Below, in pieces: positions 55,001 through 64,000 of a DNA stretch of 64,000 nt. Under the pieces are notes generated by a model. That model saw only the letters and a program-made list of their open reading frames with translations. It did no database searches and was not told the DNA's origin. Within the stretch, counting starts at the first letter, position 1; every line of letters begins with the position of its first letter. Origin of the DNA: Macrostomum lignano. Lineage: Eukaryota. The stretch covers positions 124,001 to 188,000 of the forward strand of contig NIVC01002259.1 of assembly GCA_002269645.1 (NCBI GenBank), in the 5' to 3' direction. Position numbers and translations under genes: made by a program.

Positions 55001-58000
55001 GGAGAAAAATCGCAGGTAGCCTCCGACAAGGTCACCGTTGCCAGCCTGAGAGCGCCCGCCAACTTTTCCAGCGAAGAAGGTTTGAAATTTCTTAAGGAAT
55101 TGGCTTCGGTTTTGCACCACAGATACAGAAAAACAAGGTTGGGCCACTCAGCACATTTACTTAGTAAAACAGCTTTCTACTTTCAGCTCAGTAGCAAAGA
55201 AGAATGCATAAGCTGTTATAAAATTAAGACAGCTGAACTGAGTTTGATAAGTTTAGAAGCCCAAGCTTGCAGGCGTAAACAACTTGCTAATTGGTTCAGC
55301 AATAATGTACATTAGCTAGTCCACTGAAATATTACATGGCAGCTTTAGGCTGGAATTCCGAGAAAGGCAATAAAAATTGGGGTGCGCGGGGGGGTAGTAA
55401 GGAAAGGCGCGGTTGAAGGGTTTAAGCTGGGGGTAAGAGCTAATAAATGAGCCTTGGCTTTAAAAATACATTAAAATGCTTCTGTGTAAATTACTACTGA
55501 ACTGAAAGTAGCTTACACGCAAATGTGCTGAGTGGCCCATCTAGTTATTCTAGTATCTGTAGTTTGCACTGTACCTGATTTTCTCGATAGGAAATCGGAT
55601 AAGATAGCACATAAGAAATTTATAACACAAAAACAGCTATATGTTCTACTACAAGTAGTTATACCTATAGAAAATAACAAACTCCCGTTTCTTTCTAACC
55701 AGACGGTGTCGGCACTTCGTCGAACAATGGAGGCGTCAACGTGCCCAGGGATCTGCTGGGCGCTGGTCTGGGAATTGGGGTGAGACGGACTTATATTGAG
55801 ATACTGAGACGCTAAAAATAATATCAAGGCAATAGACACAATATGATACTAAAACTGAGCTACTGACACTTAGATACAATGATACTGACACTAGTATACA
55901 GAAATACTGACACTTGGATACAATGATACTGACACTAGGATACAGAAATACTGACACTTGGATACAATGATACTGACACTAGTATACAGAAATACTGACA
56001 CTTGGTTACAATGATACTGACACTAGGATACAGAAATACTGACACTTGGTTACAATGATACTGACACTAGTATACAGAAATACTGACACTAGGATACAGA
56101 TATACTGACAAGGATACAATGTATACAGAGATACTGCAACTAAAACAAAGATGCTGAAAGAAAGACATAAAGATACTGACCCTAAAACACAAAGATACTG
56201 ACAATAAGACACTGAGACGCTGAGACACAGAGACACTAATACGCTTCGAGTGTAAGACCCCAAAACTCTAAGGGACAATGACAATAATGCACTGATACTA
56301 TAGGGGGCACTGGGACACTAAAAAGATTAGTCAATGTATTACTCAAACCCAAGCGCTCAAGCACTGAGTCCACACCGCCAATAACCCATTCCAGCTGCAG
56401 ACATTCAAGAACAACCCGATCTGCCACGGCGACAGGGCTGTGAAGTCGCCTTTGACCTCAGTGACCATCAACAAGGTTGGCGGCGGCGAGGTGCCCACCA
56501 AAGGCGTAGCAAAGCCAATCTCCATCTTTATCAAGCGAGGAACTCGTAAGTGTCGATATTGTTCTATTTGTCCTCGAATATACTTTGGTCTTGGGGTATG
56601 AAAAATCTGAGTTCGAGTTAAAGGTATAAGAAACAATAAAGTAGAAATACGCCTGATCCGCTGTAAAGTGACCAGGTGTGACAGTCGCCGTTGCAATGGG
56701 CTGTTATGGCTAGCGACTCCCACCCTGTATCTCTGCCATAGCTCGGAGATATCAGCTGCTTGCTAACCACGGCTAACTCTGCTTAAGTCGCAGCACTGGC
56801 ACTGAATGCGCTAATCAACTAGGTTAAAGGCAACCAAAACAAGGCTTAAATAAAATGTCATGACAAAAATGTCTGGTTTAATGCTGACGATGAATACGAT
56901 CTTAGACCATTTTCCGGAATCTTTAACTGGACCTGCAAGCCAGCTTCCGCCATCACATCGTTGCAGCCTTGCAGACCCGGCTGTACCCCATCAAGCACGA
57001 CGATAAGGTGGGCAACTGCCACTGCGCCAACCTCACCCGGGACAACCAGACCCTCGGCATCAGCCTTCGCGACCTGAAAAACGACACCTCAGTAACCGAA
57101 GTGAACTTCGCTATTTACCTGAACAACGGGTCCTGCCCGGAGCCCGAGGCGAACAATTTAACCTGGCTTACTTTCCTGCCCAGATCTATCGAAGAGATTA
57201 AGGCCAACCTGAGCCAGTCGGACGCGGCCATGCTGAAAGGCCAGAGCGGGCTTCAGCTGCAGAACGAGCTGCAGAATACTTACATATTCCCGGCTAACCT
57301 GACCAGCACTGCCGGGCTCTACTGCGTCTTTGTGACTCTGTCGCGTGAGTTGAGATCTACGCATTAGAAGGAGGCGTTCGGGCAAGAGAGAAAGTAGTAA
57401 TGTGTAAAAACGATAATTACTCTTTTCAGAGGCAACGGTAAAATTCGATACATCCACGAAGCCGATTAACCCGAACACCGTGTACGAATTTGCATTCTTT
57501 ATTGACAACCCGGTGTACTTCGATGAAGAGAAGCAGAAATGGAAGACGGATGGAATTTCTGTGAGTGTCTGGCAGCACGTTGTATAAACCTACAGCTCAC
57601 TCCCGAAATATTTCCAATCGCTGATTGGCTGAATTTGGAAATATCTTTCTCTCCAACCCTCCTCATCGCTGATTGGCTGGATTTAGAAATATCTTTCTCT
57701 CCAACCCTCCTCATCGCTGATTAGCTGGATTTGGAAATATCATTCTCTCTAACCCTCCTCATCGCTGATTGGCTGGATTTGGAAATATCATTCTCTCTAA
57801 CCCTCCTCATCGCTGATTGGCTGGATTTGGAAATATCTTTCTCTCCAACCCTCCTCATCGCTGATTGGCTGGATTTGGAAGTATCTTTCACTTAAGCCCC
57901 CCCCTCTACTCTCTCAACCTTTCTTGGACATTGGCTTGTAAAAATCGCGACATTAAAAGTTACAATAAACAATAAATAATTAAACTAAGTAAAGTGTTAT

Positions 58001-61000
58001 ACTTTCAAATGATCTCCTTAGGTTGGCCAGCTGTCTTGCCCTTCGCAAATGCACCTGGAAGTGACTCACCTGACGTCATTTGCTAGTGACATGGTCGTAC
58101 CGCCGAACACCATCGACTTTAACACGGTGTGGAGCAAGTTCAAAAACCTCAGCGAGAATGCCGCAGTATTCTCCACCGTGATCAGCACGCTGATTCTGTA
58201 CATCATCCTGATGATCTGGGGCCGCATCATGGATAAGAAGGACATCAAACGGTGGGGCGCCACCAACCTGCAGGACAATATTCCTAACGACACCTACCAC
58301 TACCAGATCTCCGTGATGACTGGCTACAGGAAGGGCTCTGGCACAAACTCGAAGGTCTATTTTATACTGTGCGGCGATAACGGCGACACTGGCATCCGCG
58401 AGCTGTCCGACGGCGATAGGAAGGTAAATCGGACGATTCTGCGTCAGTTTGCTTGGGTCAAGCAAGAAATTTACACTTACTGTTGCTATTTCTGTTCACC
58501 CAGGGATTCCCTCGAGGCGAGGTGTACAACTTCATCATGTCCACGGAGAGCTCGCTCGGCTCTCTGACCTTCTTGCGGATCTGGCACGACAACTCCGGCA
58601 AAGGAAAGGAGAAATCCTGGTACTTGGACCAGGTGGTCATCAATGACCTGCAGACGGGTGAAAAGTATGTGGTGACTTGGCTTGTTTGACCCAACTCGTT
58701 TGAATGTGTAAATCGATTTCAAAACTCTCCATGCTGAGTGACCACCCCCGCCTCGTCAGTAGCTCAAATTCCTACCCCCTCATGACCCCCACCCCACGCC
58801 CCGCCTTGTCATTGGCTTAAATTCCTTCCCCCATTTCTCACGACCCCCACCCCACGCCCGTCTACTCATTGGGTGAAATTCCTATTCCCTCGTGATCAAA
58901 ACCCCACACAATTTTTCCTAAGCCTAATTCCTACTTCTAAACACAAAATCAGGTCGTTTTTCCTGTGCAACAACTGGCTGGCTGTTGAGGAGGGCGACGG
59001 CCAGGTGGAGCGCATTCTGCCTGTCTCCGGACTCGCCGACCTTGTCGCATTCAAGCAGCTCTTCTCCAGCTTTGTGCAGCGTAAACTCCGCAACGAGCAC
59101 CTGTGGTTCAGCATCTTCTCCAGGCCGACAAGGAGCGCCTTCACCCGAGTGCAGCGCATCTCCTGCTGTCTGTCGCTCCTGTTCCTAACCATGATTACCA
59201 ACGCCATGTTCTTTAAGTCGTCTGACAACCTGGAGAAACGGACTGGCATAACCATTGGTAAGTGTGCCTACTGTCCTTGGTTTATTTCACTAGGATTAAT
59301 ATTAACCCTTCATTCATATTACTTGCAAGTAGGAATGCCAAGCCTTTAATTTCTTTATATAGATACTAGATAGTGAAGCCTTGATAAGTTTCTTTCTTAA
59401 TACTGAACAAGTGCCGCAGTCCACGTTGAACACATGAAAACTCTGATCTTGACAATGGAATGGTAAAAAATCTTGACTGTCGTAAATTTTGTAAAGTAAA
59501 ATTTTCACCAACACTTGTCTAGGTCCGATTACATTCACTCTGGACCAGCTGTTCATCTCCGTGGTGTCCACCCTGATCGTGTTCCCGCCGTCGATCATTA
59601 TCATCACTTTCTTCAAAAAGTGCAAAGCCAAGGCTGCTGGCAACAAGGTGCTGCAGGCTAATCAGGACCTGAGCACAAAGTCCAGCAAGTACACCTGGCG
59701 CTCGGTCGGTCGCAGCACGGAGCTCTTCAACATCGCCGAGGAGGGCCAGGCCAGCGGCAGCTCGGCCGCCGGCTGGGACGGAGACGTTGATGTCAGCAAC
59801 AAGAAGACCAACCGAGTCTGGGAGAGCCTCCGGAACATGCTCAGCTTCCAGTCTGGCCGGAAGGAGACCCGGGTAGAGGACCCGGAGCTGAAGAAGAGCA
59901 AGCCGTTCCTATTCCCGCACTGGTGCATCTACATCGCCTGGGTGCTCGTCTTCTTGAGCGTGTTCGGCTCGGCCTTCTTTGTCATCCTCTACAGGTGAGG
60001 GTTTTTTGCTTGAATAATGCACAGCTTCTGTTGACTACTCGCAACTGTGCTCTCCCCTGCTTCCCCACCCAGCATGGAATGGGGCCGAGACAAATCGAAC
60101 GACTGGCTGCTGACATTCCTGATGTCGTTCTTACAAAACGTCGTTGTGGTCCAGCCGCTGAAGGTCCTTCTACTGGCTGCCGTGATCTCCATGATAATCA
60201 AGAGGCCCGATATGGACGATGAGGAAGACGCTTTTGATGACGCCATGCTGAAGCAAGACGAGGAGCTGCTGCAGAAGAAAGAGGTGCGTGTTGGATTTTT
60301 CAATTGCAGGCCTCATCTTCAATAAGACTGTTTATAAATAAGCTTTTGTTTTAGCCAATCAGCGATTAGGAGGGTCGAGGGCGAGAGATTTTTGCTTAGC
60401 CAATCAGTGACTTGCAGGGGAGAGGGAGAGAGAGCTATTGGTTAGCCAATCAGCGATTGGGAGGGTCAAGTAAGTTGCGGTAGAACAGTTTTGTCACTGA
60501 CCAAAGATGTCAAATAAAGACTGTCCGCCGCTCCCTCTACAGGTGGACATCCAGCAGATCATGCTGCAGCGCCGGACCGCCCGCGAGGACCTGTGCGTCC
60601 CCAACCAGGAGAAGCTGGCCGAAATTCGCGAAACTCGCATGAAGGAGATCAAAATGGAAAGCATTATCAAGGAGATGCTGGCCTATTCAATCTTTGTACT
60701 GGTTGTGTTTTTCATCTCTTATCAGACTCGCAGCATTAATTCCTACAAACTGGGCGACGTGATGCGAAACACCTTTACGAATAGCTTCGACAATTCCATC
60801 CAAAGCTACCAGGCATTCTACGACTACCTGAACAACACCCTGGTGCCTAAAATGTACGCTGGAGACTTCCCGGATGGGGTGAGTTCAGTCACTTCAGTGC
60901 CATCAATTATCTTATATTATTAGGCTCTGCTTCTCTGCATAATCGTTTACGAAGATTCTATTATGCGTAAACAAGGTCGGAGTCCTTGCCAAAGGGATAG

Positions 61001-63224
61001 ATAAAGGTTTTTAGCTTAACCGAAAAGGATAAATTAATAGCCAATCAGCGTCTAGCACAGGAGAGAGAAAGAACGTTTTTGGTTTAACCAGTCAGCGACT
61101 AGCTGCAGGAGAGGGAGAGAAAGTTTTGGTTTAACCAATCAGTTACTAGCAGGAGAGTTGGAAGGAGAGTTTTTGGTTTGGCCAACAGCGGAGTTCTCGG
61201 GATAAAATAGGCAAGCATGCCGTCGCTCCCGCAGACGGTGGCTACCTGGCGCGAGAAGATGGCCATCAACGACGGCAGCCGGGGCATCTTCCGCGTCGGC
61301 GTGCCCCGCCTGCGCCAGTTCCGCATCAAGGACAACACCTGCCGACCGCCGGCCGTGTTCGACGCCATCATTGACAAGTCCTGCCGAGGCGGCTACAGCT
61401 GGCTGGATGACGATACGGCGCCGTACGAACCGATGTGGGAACCGATGGAGCAGGACAAGTGGGCCTGGCAGAAGAAGAACGACACCTACAATACGCCTTT
61501 TGTGTACAGCTCCTCCTTTAAGCTGAAGGGTGAGTCACTCTTATGTTTAGCTGATTTATGGATAAATTTTCCAGTGTCTGTAAAACTCTGTGAATTCACC
61601 TGTCTCTTATAACCCAATCGCAGTTTCTCAGCAGTATATTGAAAATTCTATCATTTTTGGACTTTAAAAATATCAATGGTTCTCAAATTCCATTCGAGTC
61701 CAGTGATTGGTTACTGACCTTGAGCTCATCACCCTCCAACTCCCATCGGTCGGACAGGCCTGCCCTTCATAGCCCAGGTGAACACTTACAAAGGCGGCGG
61801 TTACGTGTTCAACTTCCCGCGTACTGTGGAGGAGGTCCGGACTAAACTGGAGGAAATTTACGAACAGAACTGGCTGGACACACGCACGAGAGCTGTGTTT
61901 ATCGAGTTCACCGTGTACAATGCTCCGTCCAACCTGTTCGCCTCCGTTATCATGGTGGCCGAGTTCATGCAGACTGGCAGCGCATTCACCTATTCAGAAG
62001 TGAAGGTAAGATTTTATGTCAAGTTCCCTTAGAAAGTACATTATGAGGGCGTTACTCTAGAGTTCGATTCATAGACAACTGAAGTGGCAGGACGCGACGC
62101 TGGAGCTGGAGACCGTTACGGAACAGTGTATTTCAATCGAATTTGTCTATGGCAAAACCCCATTCAGCGCTATGTGTTCTCTTATCGGCCAGCAGCTCAT
62201 TTCTAAGAAAACCTATTGTAGCTTCCGCCTCCAGCTCATTTCTAAGAAAACCGAGTGTAGCCTCCGCCTCCAGCTCATTTCTAAGAAAACCGATTGTAGC
62301 CTCCGCCTCCAGCTCATTTCTAAGAAAACGAGTACAGCCTCCGCCTCCAGCTCATTTCTAAGAAAACCGATTGTAGCTTCCTTCTACTTCAGTTGTCTAT
62401 GGTTCGATTCTCGTGCGCAGCCAAATTAATTTGAAGTTTGTGAATGAAAATTAATCTGTGGCTTTTGTAATTCTCGACCATGATGTTTATAACGTCAGGG
62501 CCGCTGTGCACCCTGTGTGAGCGCGTGTCAGCCGAATGGGCATGAGTGCGTGCCTCCTGGCTGGCTGCGAGTCCACTACGAACCAATTCATATTTTTTCC
62601 GGTGTAAAATTCTCACGTACAAATATCTTTGTTCCCCCTCCCTGTGGCCAGGTGTTCCGCCTGTTCTCCTACGTTGGTAGCTTCGGCGCGATCGTGCTGT
62701 TCATGGAGATCGTATTCGCCCTGTTCGTGCTGTACTTCAGCATCAGGGAAGGCCTGCTGATCAAGCGAGAGCGCTGCGCCTACTTCTCCGGCTTCTGGAA
62801 CATCCTGGAGTTCGCGACTCTGTGCATCACCGTCACTGCGGTGGTGATGTACGGCTTCAAGAAGATCTTGGCCAACATCGCCATGGGGGCGCTGGCCAAC
62901 GCCAAGTCCTCCGACTATGTGAACTTCGGCTCGCTGGCCAGCTACGACGAGCTGTACACCTACATGGTGGGCATCGTGGTGTTCATCAGCACCGTGAAGT
63001 TCATCAAGATTCTGCGCTTCAACCGCCGAATGGGCATGCTGGGCGCCACCATCAAGCTGGCCTACAAGGATCTGCGCTCCTTTGTGTTCATGTTCGTCAT
63101 CTACTTTGTGGCCTTCTGCTCCGCTGCCTACCTGATCTTCGGCACTAAGCTGCAGAACTATCGCTCCTTCTACGGCACACTGGGAGCGCTGTTCTCCATG
63201 GCTCTGGGAGTGTTCCAGTTCAAG
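36914..63224 (+). CDS. Polycystin-1 family (PKD1/PKD1L-like, REJ-GAIN-PLAT 11-TM type) protein, 3' end outside the window
   Basis: Phase-consistent exons: 36914-36959, 37079-37303, 38156-38301, 38802-39036, 39711-39870, 48035-48516, 49012-51539, 51616-51774, 52822-52912, 53559-53835, 54721-54850, 54935-55079, 55703-55779, 56401-56545, 56967-57344, 57430-57560, 58022-58423, 58504-58664, 58953-59257, 59523-59994, 60073-60283, 60543-60878, 61235-61529, 61758-62005, 62652-63224 (a few acceptors have close alternatives). Motifs: PKD domain [11 protein letters not shown]; GPS HLTSF..PPNTIDF; [38 protein letters not shown]; [16 protein letters not shown]; [36 protein letters not shown]; channel [12 protein letters not shown]. 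Paralog not assignable. Confidence 0.93.
37340..38095. repeat. 21/29-bp minisatellite (CAGTGGGACTGGGTGGACTCT)n, intronic
   Basis: Visible; reverse complement of the family at 32650-33265. Confidence 0.95.
38320..38780. repeat. 18-bp minisatellite (CCGAATTCCAACCCGAAC)n, intronic
   Basis: Visible. Confidence 0.95.
39205..39700. repeat. 36-bp minisatellite (CTTCAGGACCCTCAGGAACCTCGGGGCGGTCAATAC)n, intronic
   Basis: Visible. Confidence 0.93.
39878..40050. repeat. (GA)n microsatellite
   Basis: Visible. Confidence 0.97.
40116..42313 (+). mobile_element. Non-autonomous Helitron, copy 1 (2.2 kb), carrying a 22-23-bp satellite and TTAGGG repeats
   Basis: A|TC 5' end (TCCCATATACTAAAAATG...); 3' hairpin GCTCCCC-AAC-GGGGGGC followed by TAGATTGCTAG; no transposase ORF. 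Confidence 0.8.
43005..44880. repeat. 24-bp satellite with alternating variants (CCAAGGATTACTGCACTCGATAAG / CCAAGGATTATTGCTATTAATAAA / CCAAGGACTATTGCTCTTGGCAAA)
   Basis: Visible, inside Helitron copy 2. Confidence 0.95.
45285..46550. repeat. 22-23-bp satellite (AATCATAGAAGCGTCATGTAAAC)n
   Basis: Visible; a shorter array of the same unit lies at ~40730-41120 in copy 1. Confidence 0.95.
51918..52577 (-). mobile_element. Family M MITE (reverse orientation), apparently interrupted near its end by a SINE
   Basis: CACAAATAC...GATGGGCCACTCA at the left; CTGAGTGGCCCATCC at 52308-52321; terminal ATCTGTG reappears after the SINE; flanks TTATTGGC/TTTTTGAC match 6 of 8. Confidence 0.7.
52340..52570 (+). 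mobile_element. 5'-truncated family 1 (CORE-like) SINE
   Basis: GGTCGGGGATTCGAATCCCG...CAGTTCACCCAGCTATAAAATGGGTGCC...CAGTCCTTGGACTGAACAGCCGTAC, the same body as the other two copies. Confidence 0.85.
52993..53480 (+). mobile_element. Family M MITE
   Basis: Body matches 33845-34317; termini partly decayed. Confidence 0.8.
54020..54440. repeat. 16-bp minisatellite (TTTCGGTTTTGTGATG)n, intronic
   Basis: Visible. Confidence 0.93.
55118..55561 (+). mobile_element. Family M MITE with 8-bp TSD (T/G)TTTGCAC
   Basis: CACAGATAC...GTATCTGTA; flanks TTTTGCAC / GTTTGCAC. Confidence 0.85.
55850..56200. repeat. ~22/44-bp minisatellite (GATACTGACACTAGTATACAGAAATACTGACACTTGGATACAAT)n, intronic
   Basis: Visible. 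Confidence 0.88.
57615..57885. repeat. 48-bp tandem repeat x~6 in the intron that splits the GPS motif
   Basis: ATCGCTGATTGGCTGGATTTGGAAATATCTTTCTCTCCAACCCTCCTC repeated. Confidence 0.92.
62185..62385. repeat. 39-bp tandem repeat x~5, intronic
   Basis: GCCTCCGCCTCCAGCTCATTTCTAAGAAAACCGATTGTA repeated. Confidence 0.9.
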
Positions 63225-63354
63225 GTGGGCAGCTCTGCTCTGATCTGCTTTACTGTCGGCTGTATTGCATTACAGATTGAGTACATTTTAAAGCCTTCCT
63301 TAATTCGTCTACTCTAACTCGGCTCTACTCAAGTCTTATTTATTAGATTTCACT

Positions 63355-63450
63355 ATAATCTACTCTACTCCAGTGTGGTCTAGTCTAGTCTATTCTACTC
63401 TACTCTACTCTACTCTACTCTACTCTACTCTACTCTACTCTACTCTACTC
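63355..63450. repeat. (CTACT)n microsatellite
   Basis: Visible. Confidence 0.85.
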
Positions 63451-63652
63451 TAATCCAAGATGTATATTCTATTCCACAGTCTACTTATTCTATTTCGCTG
63501 TCTACTCTTAACTGTACAAGAATGTAATGCATTCTACTCTAATGATCTATCTATCTATCTATTCTGATCTATTTGTCTACTTTGTCTAATCTTCTTAAAT
63601 TTGTCCGAATCTCCGTAACTCATCAGTTGCATGCTTGATTGCAAGGTCCAGC

Positions 63653-64000
63653 CACAGATACTAGAATGACTAGATGGGCCACTCAGGCATATACTTAGTA
63701 AAACAGCTTTCTACTTTCAGTTCAGTAGCAAAGAAGAATACATAAGCTACTTTATAAAAATAAAGGCAGCTAAAATGACTTTGATAAGTTTAGAAGCCCA
63801 AGCTTGCAGGCGTAAACAGCTTGCTAATTGGTTCAGCAATAATGTACATTAGCCAGTTAACTGAAATGTACATGGCTGGAATTCCGAGAAAGACAAATAA
63901 AAGTTGGGGTGCGCGGGGCTAGTATGGAATGGCGCGGTCGGAGGGTTTAAGCTGGGGGTCAAGAGCCAATAAATGAGAATTGGGTTTAAAAATACATTAA
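63653..64000 (+). mobile_element. Family M MITE, runs off the window end
   Basis: CACAGATACTAGAATGACTAGATGGGCCACTCAGG followed by the family body. Confidence 0.85.

Noticed and set aside
54851-55315. 227-aa ORF 54632-55315 as a single coding unit
   Set aside because: Read-through of two true exons plus intron and MITE sequence; the C-terminal part is family M MITE.

Overview
Eukaryotic (animal) genomic DNA with short GC-rich exons in AT-rich, minisatellite- and transposon-laden introns, and TTAGGG-type repeats. The style suggests a flatworm such as Macrostomum, but that is inference only. Genes reconstructed by hand from splice sites and reading-frame phase: (1) a small secreted prohormone-like gene (+, 3612-~5614); (2) GPKOW/Spp2-like G-patch+KOW splicing factor (-, 2 exons, 13281-10928); (3) a low-complexity protein with three C2H2 zinc fingers (+, 23394-24995); (4) a 7-exon coiled-coil protein gene (+, 29920-33414) whose third intron is an AT-AC U12-type intron containing a SINE; (5) a single-exon orphan membrane/coiled-coil ORF (-, 35375-34851); (6) a large polycystin-1-family gene (+, 36914 to beyond 63224, 25 exons seen: signal peptide, LamG-like, WSC-like, PKD, REJ, GAIN/GPS, PLAT, TOP and channel regions) whose GPS lacks all four canonical cysteines. 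Mobile DNA: a head-to-tail pair of non-autonomous Helitrons carrying satellites and telomeric repeats (40116-47891), a mariner MITE with 255-bp arms, several 8-bp-TSD MITEs (one family with 5 copies), two tRNA-derived SINE families (one CORE-like), and LINE remnants. Most long ORFs in the supplied track are artefacts of tandem repeats. No CRISPR array, rRNA or convincing functional tRNA was found.
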